The notes beneath the pieces were generated by a model. The model searched no databases. It was not told the origin of the DNA and worked only from the letters and a program-made list of their open reading frames with translations. Positions 1 through 9,517 of a stretch of DNA of 50,864 nt are shown here, piece after piece. The DNA is from a virus (Duplodnaviria; Heunggongvirae; Uroviricota; Caudoviricetes). The stretch lies in the IMG/VR virus record IMGVR_UViG_2695420685_000015, one strand, 5' to 3'. The number at the start of each line of letters is the position of its first letter. Position 1 is the first letter of the stretch. Position numbers and translations under genes: made by a program.

Positions 1-3
1 CTA

Positions 4-324
<321 letters not shown>

Positions 325-328
<4 letters not shown>

Positions 329-513
329 ACTGGTTTTCAAATCACTTTGGAAAAATTTGGCTGGCAATTCTTGCCCTCATGGCCGCCGGTTGGGTATCGA
401 ACATTATAAAACTTGTTTGCTCTGGCGATCTCCAGTTTCAGGCTGGCATGACCTTGGCTCGTGTAGTTGGGATTTTTATTTTTCCAGTCGGTTCGGTACT
501 TGGTTATTTCTGA
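325..513 (+). CDS. small hydrophobic (membrane) protein
   Basis: ATG start, 62 aa, hydrophobic stretch WLAILALMAAGW and IFIFPVGSVLGYF. Confidence 0.4.
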
Positions 514-548
514 CGGTTGTTAGTGCATATGCATTGACCGTCTTTGCG

Positions 549-583
549 TAAGCAATTTATTTAACTAGAAAACAACTTGTTTT
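549..583 (+). promoter_or_regulatory. class-A promoter/operator copy 1
   Basis: AGAAAACAACTTGTTTT perfect palindrome at 567-583, 24 nt upstream of ATG 607. Confidence 0.55.
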
Positions 584-606
584 GACAAATAACAAAAGGA
601 AAACAC

Positions 607-1032
607 ATGTTAGGTTTCTTCAAAAAGAAAACTCGTAAAGCAGTTATCGAAGTCAAAAAAATGGAGAACCGTGATGCGGTTGAGGCCACCGTGTGGGGCG
701 CGTACATGATCTCCTATGCCGACGGCACATGTGACGCAAAAGAAATTGCCATTCTTGAGAAGACAATTGCAGCTCTGCCTGCGTTTTCTCCGTTTGCTGG
801 TGAAATTGCCCAAATGAGCGCCAATATCCGTGCTCGTTACGAAGCGTCCCCTCGTTCTGCTAATGCACAGGCTATTCGTGAGCTGTCTGATATTGCTGGT
901 ACTCCAGAGGCGGTCGATGTTCTGTGTCTGTGCCTTGATATTGCCGATCAGGATGGCATTGGTGAACAAGAAGAGCAGGCACTGAAAAAGATCGCCCAGG
1001 CGCTTCAGTTGTCACTGGATGCTTATCTCTAA
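607..1032 (+). CDS. TerB-like domain protein
   Basis: ATG with AAAGGA RBS; 141 aa; duplicated D-G-x-x-D-x-x-E-I/Q pattern (DGTCDAKEIAILEK and DQDGIGEQEEQALKKIA) typical of TerB family. Confidence 0.6.
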   Translation: MLGFFKKKTRKAVIEVKKMENRDAVEATVWGAYMISYADGTCDAKEIAILEKTIAALPAFSPFAGEIAQMSANIRARYEASPRSANAQAIRELSDIAGTPEAVDVLCLCLDIADQDGIGEQEEQALKKIAQALQLSLDAYL

Positions 1033-1190
1033 TGCTTGAGAGATTCCGGCTTGTGATCGTCATTGCTCTTCTGGTGATGGCGGTGTTGGTGGATTTTACG
1101 GGAAAGATGATGTCTGTCATTTCTGATGGCGTCCTCATTGGTTTGGCGATCTACTTCGCTTATCCGTTAGTTCGTAAAGCAAAGTGTTAA
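1032..1190 (+). CDS. small membrane protein (52 aa), translationally coupled to TerB-like gene
   Basis: ATG overlaps upstream TAA (TAATG); MLERFRLVIVIALLVMAVLVDFTGKMMSVISDGVLIGLAIYFAYPLVRKAKC; followed by terminator. Confidence 0.4.
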   Translation: MLERFRLVIVIALLVMAVLVDFTGKMMSVISDGVLIGLAIYFAYPLVRKAKC

Positions 1191-1193
1191 TGA

Positions 1194-1219
1194 CAAGGGC
1201 CATTTGGCCCTTGTGTTTC
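1194..1219 (+). terminator. rho-independent terminator
   Basis: caagggccatttggcccttg hairpin followed by tgtttcg. Confidence 0.6.
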
Positions 1220-1278
1220 GTTGACCGAAATAGAGAGTTTGCACCTTTACGTTTAGCTTGCTCCCCTTATATGCCACA

Positions 1279-1311
1279 TCACAATAAAACCAATAAGAAA
1301 ACAACTTGTTT
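1279..1311 (+). promoter_or_regulatory. class-A promoter/operator copy 2
   Basis: AGAAAACAACTTGTTT at 1296-1311 upstream of ATG 1330. Confidence 0.55.
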
Positions 1312-1329
1312 AAGCATTAAGGAAAACAC

Positions 1330-1896
1330 ATGTGCGAGAAATGCAAAGCAATAGCTGATGAACAAAACGCCCTATTCGAAGAAATGGATGCTAATGAACT
1401 TGTCAAAATGTTATCCATTCTTCGAGGAATAGAAGACGTTTCCATATTTGAGAGACTGTTTACAATACTTAATTTTAATTCCACCTTTGAAGAGCCAACT
1501 CAGATTGTAGCTTTGGCACACCATTTCGGTGTTCATTACCTTGCTGAAAAAGAGAGAGCTGATAAGTTGCAAGCGACTTTGGATATGGTGAGCGAGACTC
1601 AAGGAACTGATGACGGTAACAAAAGTGAGACGATTATTGCCAGCAAAGATCGTGAAATTGCCGGGCTTAAATCCTCTCTAACGATGTTGATGTCTGCAAT
1701 CAACCTTATGTCTTCTAAAGCAGGTTATAAAATGCCATCACTAAACAGCGACGATCCGATGGCCGTTCGCCAGCTTTTAGGTGCAATGGCCGACCAGCTC
1801 GACGACACAAAGAGTCGCCTTGAAGACATGATGCGGGAGCTCACGCATCGCCATGACTTGAATAAGCAGCCGCACAAAACGCAATACGCACTCTAA
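1330..1896 (+). CDS. hypothetical protein
   Basis: ATG start after conserved GGAAAACACATG initiation region; 188 aa; terminator downstream. Confidence 0.6.
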   Translation: MCEKCKAIADEQNALFEEMDANELVKMLSILRGIEDVSIFERLFTILNFNSTFEEPTQIVALAHHFGVHYLAEKERADKLQATLDMVSETQGTDDGNKSETIIASKDREIAGLKSSLTMLMSAINLMSSKAGYKMPSLNSDDPMAVRQLLGAMADQLDDTKSRLEDMMRELTHRHDLNKQPHKTQYAL

Positions 1897-1913
1897 TACT
1901 GCACCAGTCGACA

Positions 1914-1935
1914 GGGGGCGAAAGCCCCCATTTTT
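1914..1935 (+). terminator. rho-independent terminator
   Basis: gggggcgaaagccccc hairpin then attttta. Confidence 0.65.
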
Positions 1936-1990
1936 ACGCCTTAAATCTGCTGTAACGCCTATGAATGCAGCTTTTATGCCTTTTCAAGTT

Positions 1991-2025
1991 TGCGATAATT
2001 ACACCAATCAGAAAACAAATTATTT
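1991..2025 (+). promoter_or_regulatory. class-A promoter/operator copy 3 (degenerate palindrome)
   Basis: TGcGATAAT extended -10-like at 1991-1999, then AGAAAACAAATTATTT at 2010-2025. Confidence 0.5.
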
Positions 2026-2037
2026 AATGGTGTAATT

Positions 2038-3723
2038 ATGAATACAGCCCTTTCTATCATCGACGATGCCAGCTCAAACACGGCTATCGACTATCGTCAG
2101 GAAATGAATGTCATCCACGAAATCGTGGCCGAGTGCGAGAAAGAGATCGCCTTCATGTATCAGGTACACGACTTCGTTTATGGCGACGAACGCCACAACA
2201 TGATTAATCGCCTGCTGAGACTAAACCATCGACCAGATGAAGATCGCTCGCGTTTAAATCGAGGTTGGTTGGATAAAGTCGATCTGGAATGGGTGAAACA
2301 GAATATTTGGGCCGAGTACTGGAGGAAGGTCACGGACATGACTAACGTTTTGCTGATCATGCCAGCTTCCCGTCGAGATGAGTGGCGCGAGCAGTTTATA
2401 GAGGGCAAACAGGAAGTCATCAAAACTGACAGAACCGGCTACCAGATGAAGGTTAAAGAGTTCGTTGGTGTACCGGAGTTCAAAGCAGAAACGGTCATAC
2501 CCACGATGCTTAATTTGCTGAATGACAGGCACAAATATCTCTCTGAGCGCGTGTATGGCTTGTTTAAGGCGCTGAGTCCTGCGCACAAGACAAATAAGAC
2601 AAACGGTTTCAGCGAGCGGCTGATAATCGCTGACTGCATTTCTGATTTCTGGCGGGACAGCGTTAGCGTGAACTATCGCAAAGAGGACTACATCGACGAT
2701 CTGCGTGTCTTGCTTCATTTCTTCGCGCACAAAGAATTTATTACCATCAACCGCACTGCTGAGGTGCTATCAGCTGCGTATAGGGCAAACGACTGCCAGA
2801 CCGGTGACTGGATGAACGTCGATGGAAATCTGATGCGCGTGAAGATGTTCAAGAACGGCAACGTTCACTTTGAAATACATCCTGACGTGGCCTGGAAGTT
2901 GAATGAGGTGCTGGCTTACAGTATGCCTGCTGCAATCCCCGCGCCATGCCGAACTGCGCCAAAAACACGGGCACCAAAGCAGTTCGGGTTAATCCAGAAG
3001 ACGATCTCCGTGCCGGTTCGCACTGCGCTTCGTGACGGGCGATTGAGCAAAGACAAAGGCGTATGGTACTTCTCTGATTCAGCTCTCCAGAAGTCGCAGG
3101 TGGAAGAGCTTGAGCGCACACTGAGCTTCATTGGCGGCGTGCAGGAGAAAAAGCACTGGCAGTTCCCGTATGACATCGGCCATACGCTAAATACGATTGT
3201 GGCTACCGGTTTAATACCGGATACTAAATCACACCAGTTCTACCCTACCCCACGCTTGATTGCTGAGTACGTTGCCAGAGCCACTGAATTGAAGTCTGGT
3301 GAGAAGCTGCTGGAGCCTCAAGCCGGACGTGGGGATCTTCTGGCCTATATTAACGCCGATCTGGAAGATGTTACCTGCATAGAAATCGCACCTCTCTTCG
3401 CTGATATCCTGCGTGGAAAAGGGTATACGAACACGATTTGCTGCGACTTCATAAAGTGGTCTGAGGACAACGCAGGTTATCAGTTCGACAAAATCGTTAT
3501 GAACCCGCCGTACTCGCTTGGTCGTCATAGAGAGCACACGATGGCTGCGCTGGGGCATCTGAAAGTCGGCGGGCGTCTTGTAGCAGTATTGCCGGGCACT
3601 GCGCCAATACTGGACTGGATGACGATGGATAATTACGTTTATGCCAGAGGGAAGTCGTTTACCAACGAGTTTGAAGACACAGGGATCACAGTCAGCGTAT
3701 ACGTTTTCAAACGCGTTAAATGA
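2038..3723 (+). CDS. orphan N6-adenine DNA methyltransferase with large N-terminal domain of unknown function
   Basis: C-terminal region has motif order FYPTP (motif X), LLEPQAGRGDL (motif I, SAM binding), VMNPPY (motif IV), i.e. gamma-class amino-MTase layout; no adjacent restriction gene. Confidence 0.8.
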   Translation: MNTALSIIDDASSNTAIDYRQEMNVIHEIVAECEKEIAFMYQVHDFVYGDERHNMINRLLRLNHRPDEDRSRLNRGWLDKVDLEWVKQNIWAEYWRKVTDMTNVLLIMPASRRDEWREQFIEGKQEVIKTDRTGYQMKVKEFVGVPEFKAETVIPTMLNLLNDRHKYLSERVYGLFKALSPAHKTNKTNGFSERLIIADCISDFWRDSVSVNYRKEDYIDDLRVLLHFFAHKEFITINRTAEVLSAAYRANDCQTGDWMNVDGNLMRVKMFKNGNVHFEIHPDVAWKLNEVLAYSMPAAIPAPCRTAPKTRAPKQFGLIQKTISVPVRTALRDGRLSKDKGVWYFSDSALQKSQVEELERTLSFIGGVQEKKHWQFPYDIGHTLNTIVATGLIPDTKSHQFYPTPRLIAEYVARATELKSGEKLLEPQAGRGDLLAYINADLEDVTCIEIAPLFADILRGKGYTNTICCDFIKWSEDNAGYQFDKIVMNPPYSLGRHREHTMAALGHLKVGGRLVAVLPGTAPILDWMTMDNYVYARGKSFTNEFEDTGITVSVYVFKRVK

Positions 3724-3725
3724 TA

Positions 3726-3742
3726 GGTAAATACTTACTTAA
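3726..3742. promoter_or_regulatory. class-B palindrome copy (TAAGTA-n-TACTTA family)
   Basis: ggtaaatacttacttaa, 43 nt upstream of ATG 3785. Confidence 0.4.
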
Positions 3743-3784
3743 TTTGTGTAAGAGTTTAGTGGCTAAACGATAAGAGAAAAACAC

Positions 3785-4489
3785 ATGAACAACCTCCAGT
3801 TAGAGCATTTTAACGTCACAGGCCATTCTGATTTTCCTTTCAAGTTTACATTGAAAGGTTATGCAGAGGATGCGGTAGGCCAGATCATTATTGATAAAGG
3901 CATCGTTAAGTTTGAGGGGAATTTTGATGAATCCGCGAAAACATTCATAGACTTCGTTGCCAAACGTTGGAGCGAGCAATGGAAAGACCTGGAAAAGCGC
4001 GCTAGTGAGTTTGATCGGTTCATGGATGCAATGGATACAGCAAAAGAGGCTCTTGCTGCCGGGACTCCGTTAGATCTTGAGTCACTTTTCAACGGCGAAG
4101 TGGCCTCTGCGATGTTCGCCACCATGTTCGCGGGTGAGTTCGTCCGCAGCGGTGCCAAAAACTACCTTGAGCTGGATTACAACGTCTCTGCAATTGGCGA
4201 TTTCGTCGTTACCATCCAACGCAAAGAAGGTAAGACGCCAGGTGAACGCGTCGCAGAGCTTGAGGCCGTTGTGGATCAGCGTAACGGAGAGTGTGACCGT
4301 TTGATCAACGAGCTTCATGCACTTCGGGAAGAAAGAATATGTGCGGGTAGCAATACACGTAATGCAGCGGATATCTACTTCCAGTTAGTTGAGGAATGCC
4401 AGATTCCACCAGGTGGCTCTCTTGTCGATTACGTCAGACATTTAATGGCGGAAGTTAACTCCAGCCATAAAGATGGTGAGGTGCGCTGA
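3785..4489 (+). CDS. hypothetical protein
   Basis: ATG start, 234 aa, G/C-rich third codon positions. Confidence 0.6.
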   Translation: MNNLQLEHFNVTGHSDFPFKFTLKGYAEDAVGQIIIDKGIVKFEGNFDESAKTFIDFVAKRWSEQWKDLEKRASEFDRFMDAMDTAKEALAAGTPLDLESLFNGEVASAMFATMFAGEFVRSGAKNYLELDYNVSAIGDFVVTIQRKEGKTPGERVAELEAVVDQRNGECDRLINELHALREERICAGSNTRNAADIYFQLVEECQIPPGGSLVDYVRHLMAEVNSSHKDGEVR

Positions 4490-4869
4490 TGTTTGGCATT
4501 GACGCACAGCGTATAGCCGCTTTTGCAAAAAGCCCTCTTGATAATCCCTTGTCTCGTAGTGAGCAAATGGAGCTGGCAAGGCTTTTTCTTCACATTCAAA
4601 AACAGGCAGACATTTTCAATAACATGCCTAATCAACCTATTCTGGATGGTCACATCCAGATGGTCATTAACAGTCATGAGAAAGGCTGGGCTGCAATCGT
4701 CCCCTGCACAATTACATACAAGTTGGCGAAAGAGGTTCAAGAGTTTCGAAAAGCCAGTGTCGAATCGGAGTCTACCAAAGCCGCAATAAACACTCTTATT
4801 CGCATGGGGTTCACATGGAACGGTGGAGCCTACTGGCAAGCACCTCACCCCATTTTATCCGGCAATTAG
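4489..4869 (+). CDS. hypothetical protein
   Basis: ATG overlaps upstream TGA (translational coupling); 126 aa. Confidence 0.55.
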   Translation: MFGIDAQRIAAFAKSPLDNPLSRSEQMELARLFLHIQKQADIFNNMPNQPILDGHIQMVINSHEKGWAAIVPCTITYKLAKEVQEFRKASVESESTKAAINTLIRMGFTWNGGAYWQAPHPILSGN

Positions 4870-4924
4870 ACGCTACAAATCCTTCGGCATGAATAAATAA
4901 AGGCCATAAGTTGTGGCCTTAAAT

Positions 4925-4978
4925 AAATTGTTTTCTACCTTTTCTTATTTGTGAAAATAACCACAACTAGAAAACAAC
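4925..4978 (+). promoter_or_regulatory. class-A promoter/operator copy 4
   Basis: Upstream half-palindrome AATTGTTTTCTACC, TGtGAAAAT -10-like, then AGAAAACAAC at 4969-4978. Confidence 0.5.
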
Positions 4979-4988
4979 GGAGTTAAGA

Positions 4989-5630
4989 ATGTCTAGTATT
5001 TCCGAAGCTCATATGTTCGCCGCTGGCGCTCATGGTGGCGTTGGTCAGAAAAGAAAATATACCGGCGAAGACTACATCAACCACCCGGTTGCTGTCCGAG
5101 AGATTGTTGCATTGCATGACGGAACCGTGGAGATGCAAATCGCGGCGCTTCTGCATGATGTGGTCGAAGACACCCATGTAACCATAGAGATGGTTCGTGA
5201 TCACTTCGGTGAGCGCGTAGCTGAAATGGTTCAGGCTCTGACCAACATTGCAAGGCCAGAAGACGGCAATCGAATACAGCGTTTCATCATCAATGTCCGG
5301 GAGCTGGAGCAAAATCTCGACATGCAGACGCGCATGATCAAGCTGGCTGACCTGCTCGACAATACCTCTTCTATCGTGAGTCGCGATCCCGAGTTTTCAG
5401 CTGTCTACCTCGCAGAGAAAGAACTGATGCTGGACGTACTCTTTCACGGCAAAGAGATTGGTGCCAACGCTGATGTTGTCGAGTACATGGAGAGGATAGG
5501 AATAGAACACCCGTTGCTATTAAGCGCAATGGCGAAAGTCACTGAAGGTATTGCGCTTCTGAAACCGGTACACATCAAACGTTATGAAAAACACAAATCG
5601 CTGATCTGGAGCGCGTGGGAGGCTGCATGA
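4989..5630 (+). CDS. HD-domain (p)ppGpp hydrolase-like protein (small alarmone hydrolase, SpoT/Mesh1 family)
   Basis: YINHPVAVREIVAL...AALLHDVVEDT matches the RelA/SpoT hydrolase HD signature; 213 aa, no synthetase domain. Confidence 0.8.
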   Translation: MSSISEAHMFAAGAHGGVGQKRKYTGEDYINHPVAVREIVALHDGTVEMQIAALLHDVVEDTHVTIEMVRDHFGERVAEMVQALTNIARPEDGNRIQRFIINVRELEQNLDMQTRMIKLADLLDNTSSIVSRDPEFSAVYLAEKELMLDVLFHGKEIGANADVVEYMERIGIEHPLLLSAMAKVTEGIALLKPVHIKRYEKHKSLIWSAWEAA

Positions 5631-6169
5631 AGGTCGAAAAAATAGATGTTCTTTCCTTTGTGCTGACGGATCTGGAACGCCTCGATCCGGTTCGAGTAAT
5701 GATTGAAAACTACGAACCTGGTAAGGGAAGAATCACCATCATCTGCTACGGAAAAGCGTGGACTGCGGCTTGGTTTGCTATGGGCGGTGATGATGTGCAG
5801 ACGTTCATTAAGCGGGTCAGCAACGAGTATCTAATCGGCTATTTCGACTCTCAACTGCGAAGCACGGTCGACGATGACAACGATGCAAATCTGCTTTTCG
5901 TGAAGTCAGAAATCATAAAGTTACGAAGAGAGAGAGAAATCGACGCCGTACTGGCTCGTGAAATGTGGGACGAGGCGGAAAACGCCGATGACGTAAAAGA
6001 AAGCTGCTGTTGTTTCGGCGTCGGTAACAAACTGCTGAATCTCTTTGGTGATGATCCGTGGTATGCCGACTGGCCAACGGTACCAAACCCGAAATACCAG
6101 TATCTGGAACGCATTGTGAACGCGGTACGTGAAGGGCTGAAAGAGTTAGATAAGTTAGAGGCATCGTAA
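5627..6169 (+). CDS. hypothetical protein
   Basis: ATG overlapping upstream TGA with GGGAGG RBS; track start 5615 is GTG. Confidence 0.55.
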   Translation: MKVEKIDVLSFVLTDLERLDPVRVMIENYEPGKGRITIICYGKAWTAAWFAMGGDDVQTFIKRVSNEYLIGYFDSQLRSTVDDDNDANLLFVKSEIIKLRREREIDAVLAREMWDEAENADDVKESCCCFGVGNKLLNLFGDDPWYADWPTVPNPKYQYLERIVNAVREGLKELDKLEAS

Positions 6170-6669
6170 TGAGAGAGAAAATCAAGAACCCGGTCGTCGT
6201 ATTGTATAAACGGGAAACCAGCGATTCTTATGCGGTATCCATCACTGATGGAAGCCAGAACATGCACGATGGTCTGCTAATGGCCTCCGTATCTCCTGAT
6301 GATTCTGACTACCCTTTCGCCACTTTCGCTATGGTTGGTTACTACATGGCTGCCGAAATTGAGAAGTTGCGAGCGCAGAGAGACGCATTAGCGGCGGAGA
6401 ATGCAGCCCTGAAAGAATCTGAGCGAGCATTCGATGCGATGTGTGCCGAGGAACACGGAGATAATTGGGTTAGCGAATTAACGGAGACTCCAGCCACCGA
6501 TGCTTTTCTGGCTGAAGTACGTGCGCAGGGCGTGGATATGGCTCGTAACGCGATGATTGATTTTGTTGATGGTGAAGTTGGGCCAAACAAGAACGTTCCG
6601 GGGCTGATTAGAGGCGCAGAGATATGCGTAAGTATTGCTGAACAGCTTCGTAAAGGAGTCATCCAGTGA
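6169..6669 (+). CDS. hypothetical protein
   Basis: ATG overlaps upstream TAA; 166 aa. Confidence 0.55.
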   Translation: MREKIKNPVVVLYKRETSDSYAVSITDGSQNMHDGLLMASVSPDDSDYPFATFAMVGYYMAAEIEKLRAQRDALAAENAALKESERAFDAMCAEEHGDNWVSELTETPATDAFLAEVRAQGVDMARNAMIDFVDGEVGPNKNVPGLIRGAEICVSIAEQLRKGVIQ

Positions 6670-7067
6670 GCAAGATTGACTATCAGGCACTGCGTGAGGC
6701 GGCAGAGCGTGCAATTCCGGCAATGGAACGCCTGTTAATGTTGCCAGTTGATGATGATCTGATAAGCGAACAGGAACTTAAAGATAGCGGTGTTGATATT
6801 GATGCCCTCAACGCCTTCAAATTTCTGGCCGGACCAGAAACCGTGCTGGCACTACTGGATGAGATCAACGCATTAGAGGAAACGCGTATCAACGATGTTT
6901 GCCGTATTGCGGAACTAACAAAACAACTGGAGTTGGCAAAATCAAAACTCAACGAGCAGCGTGAGTATTACGAGGGCGTTATCTCGGATGGAAGTAAGCG
7001 CATAGCCGCTCTTCTTCGCAAGGACAATCTTGCCAGCGCCACGAACATTGAAGGTGAAAGAAAATGA
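6666..7067 (+). CDS. hypothetical coiled-coil protein
   Basis: GTG start with AAGGAG RBS 7 nt upstream; 133 aa. Confidence 0.5.
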   Translation: MSKIDYQALREAAERAIPAMERLLMLPVDDDLISEQELKDSGVDIDALNAFKFLAGPETVLALLDEINALEETRINDVCRIAELTKQLELAKSKLNEQREYYEGVISDGSKRIAALLRKDNLASATNIEGERK

Positions 7068-7912
7068 CCACATCGCACTCTGCTATTACCCAAGAAAAAG
7101 CCTTCAACATACTCGAACGACTAGAGACGCTCGCTACGGAGGAGGAGATATCCCCGGAGAAACTGGTTGAGTTCAGCCGTGTGATATTGCGTCGCAAGAA
7201 CGATATGGAGCGGCTGACATCTGGCGCTCCATCCTTATCAGTCAGGCGAACACTTTGTTGCAGCTTCTGCAACAAATCCCAGTACGCCGTCAAAAAGTTA
7301 ATTGCTGGGGACGCCGTTTTCATCTGCGACGAGTGTGGATGTGTGCAACAGAATTATCCGGGGAGAGAAAGAGGGATCAGCATGAAATTATCCAAATTTT
7401 CTGAGTTGGTGAATCGTATTTTGTCCAACAACCACAGCCATCGTCGCGATATGGATGTAACGATCGTTGTTCATTCGCCTGGTCGCATCGGTTCAACACC
7501 ATCAGTTGAGGTTCAGTCAATTAAGGCGGGTTTTGATTGGGATGCCGGGCAAGTGATGATTTTTCCATCACAGCCACTGACCACGCTAACACCAGAGCAG
7601 GTTGCTGATATCACTGATAGTGTGCGCAAAGGTCAGTCTTGGCACGCGTATCAGGAATACAAGAAGCATAAAGAGCAGTTGGAAAAATTGTCGATGGAGT
7701 TGGAAGCCGCTAAACAGCGGGAAAAAGATCTGTTTATGGAAAATGTTCGACTTAAGTCAGGTATAGCCGGTCTGATACACCTCGGTATTCGATATGCGGA
7801 TGTTGAGGTCATGAAAATTGCTGGAGATGCCCAGCTTTCTACTCCATGCACTGACAGCATCATAAACAGCATTGCAGCAGGCATTTTCACCAAAGAGGGG
7901 GCAGCACGATGA
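7064..7912 (+). CDS. ClpX-type C4 zinc-finger domain protein (ClpX N-terminal zinc-binding-domain homolog fused to unknown C-terminal region)
   Basis: [31 protein letters not shown] closely matches ClpX N-domain [29 protein letters not shown]; no AAA+ module in this 282-aa protein. Confidence 0.65.
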   Translation: MTTSHSAITQEKAFNILERLETLATEEEISPEKLVEFSRVILRRKNDMERLTSGAPSLSVRRTLCCSFCNKSQYAVKKLIAGDAVFICDECGCVQQNYPGRERGISMKLSKFSELVNRILSNNHSHRRDMDVTIVVHSPGRIGSTPSVEVQSIKAGFDWDAGQVMIFPSQPLTTLTPEQVADITDSVRKGQSWHAYQEYKKHKEQLEKLSMELEAAKQREKDLFMENVRLKSGIAGLIHLGIRYADVEVMKIAGDAQLSTPCTDSIINSIAAGIFTKEGAAR

Positions 7913-8094
7913 GAACACTAGAGGTTCGCGCTGAAGACGTAATCCCTGGTGATGTGCTCATAACATCTAAAGGTCAACAATGTGCGGTTAAATCTTTTTG
8001 GATGGAAAATGACAAAGTGACTCTGTTCGGTACGGATGGTTCCGAAACTGATTATGACTACGACGAATTGCTTGTTGTTGAGAGAGCTGCCTAA
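7909..8094 (+). CDS. hypothetical small protein
   Basis: ATG overlaps upstream TGA; 61 aa. Confidence 0.45.
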   Translation: MRTLEVRAEDVIPGDVLITSKGQQCAVKSFWMENDKVTLFGTDGSETDYDYDELLVVERAA

Positions 8095-8747
8095 TGACCA
8101 CCGTTAACAATAAGAAATGCTACCCAAGCGAGAAATATCTTAATGAGCTGATCACCAACATTGAGTTTGCTGCAAGGGCACCAGTTGAAGTCGTGAGAGC
8201 GATTGCAGCAGAGCTACAGAAGCACCGTAAGGCCTATGCCAATACAGCCGCATCTAAGGATGGTTGGATAAGCTGTAGTGAGCGAATGCCTGTAATTGGC
8301 GAGCTAAATTGGAGAACTAGTTTTCCTTTACTGGTTACGTGTGAGATCGGCGTTATACCTGCTTATTACGGCTTTGTGAGCGTTAATGGTAATAGGCATT
8401 ATGGCTTTATGGAGAGTCTTAAATACGGAGACGATAACGGCAACCATCCTCAAACTAATGAATATGGTCTGATTAGCAATGTCACACACTGGATGCCACT
8501 ACCAGAACGCCGCAGGAGTCGAACAGTGAATAATGCAGAGTTATTTCAGAAAATATCGGCTCTCGCGACTGAATGCCACGCTATAGCATCTGAGCTTGAT
8601 GTTGGCGATGAACGAACCGAGATGTTCGAAATATACAGTGTGCTGCGCAATCTCTGTCGGCGTGGCTACGCCACTCAAGTAGGGCGAATGACTAACCCAC
8701 TACTCTCATCCTGTGATGAGGATGACTCGGATGAGGATGACGAATGA
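8094..8747 (+). CDS. DUF551-like phage protein with poly-acidic C-terminal tail
   Basis: DGWISCSERMP resembles the DUF551 W-I-S-x-x-x-R-x-P core; C-terminus SCDEDDSDEDDE. Confidence 0.45.
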   Translation: MTTVNNKKCYPSEKYLNELITNIEFAARAPVEVVRAIAAELQKHRKAYANTAASKDGWISCSERMPVIGELNWRTSFPLLVTCEIGVIPAYYGFVSVNGNRHYGFMESLKYGDDNGNHPQTNEYGLISNVTHWMPLPERRRSRTVNNAELFQKISALATECHAIASELDVGDERTEMFEIYSVLRNLCRRGYATQVGRMTNPLLSSCDEDDSDEDDE

Positions 8748-9415
8748 TGCATAAATCAGTAGCCGGTGAGTTTCAGAAGGAAGTCGATAATACTACCGTT
8801 CTATTGGACGATATTTTAAGCATTCTCGCGCTTCTTGAGGCTGGCGATTGGTCAGAACATTGCACTAAAACGGAGTTAGGCGGTCGGCTTGAAAGAGAGA
8901 TTACACGACTTATTGGTGATGCGCAGGAAGCTACAGTCACTAGTTATGAGTTAATCGCTGAAGCCTGGCGTTTGATGGATGGACAAGATCCTAAAACCAG
9001 CGATTGGCATAGCAAGGCTTCGAAGTATTTAAATTCCGATAGGGTAGAAAAAGTTGATGATGTGAAACCGAAGCCAGTAGATCACGGTTTCCGCGATAAC
9101 TGCGAATGCTCTAGTTGCCAGACCACGGCCCGTATTTGTTCCGAATTGACAGATAAGTCCAGCCTAATCTACGAAGTTAATGTAGGCGGTAATACATGGG
9201 TCGAATGCACAAGAGCTGCATACGTAAGAGCAAAAGACAAGGGTGAATTAACCAGAGTTGTTGCCCATCACCCAAATAATGAGCTTAAAGATCACCAGAT
9301 TAGAGAACTGGTGAATGAGTTGCGGGATATTGCGGTTCAGTACCACGGAACGCAGCAATTGCGGGAGAAAATTGCCAGAGCAGTGAACAACTCAATTAGA
9401 TCAGAAAGTATGTAG
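8744..9415 (+). CDS. hypothetical protein
   Basis: ATG overlapping upstream stop; 223 aa. Confidence 0.55.
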   Translation: MMHKSVAGEFQKEVDNTTVLLDDILSILALLEAGDWSEHCTKTELGGRLEREITRLIGDAQEATVTSYELIAEAWRLMDGQDPKTSDWHSKASKYLNSDRVEKVDDVKPKPVDHGFRDNCECSSCQTTARICSELTDKSSLIYEVNVGGNTWVECTRAAYVRAKDKGELTRVVAHHPNNELKDHQIRELVNELRDIAVQYHGTQQLREKIARAVNNSIRSESM

Positions 9416-9517
9416 TCAATACAATAAAATGGCCCCATTTGGATGGGGCCGGTAACAACTAGCATTATGGGCGCTGGTTGACGTACTCAATGATCGCTTC
9501 GATGATTGCGAACATAG

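Noticed and set aside
566-583. Class-A palindrome as a PurR or other LacI-family operator
   Set aside because: It resembles AAACGTTT-centred operators only superficially (centre is CAAnTTG with an odd spacer, flanks differ), so I do not assign it to a known host regulator.
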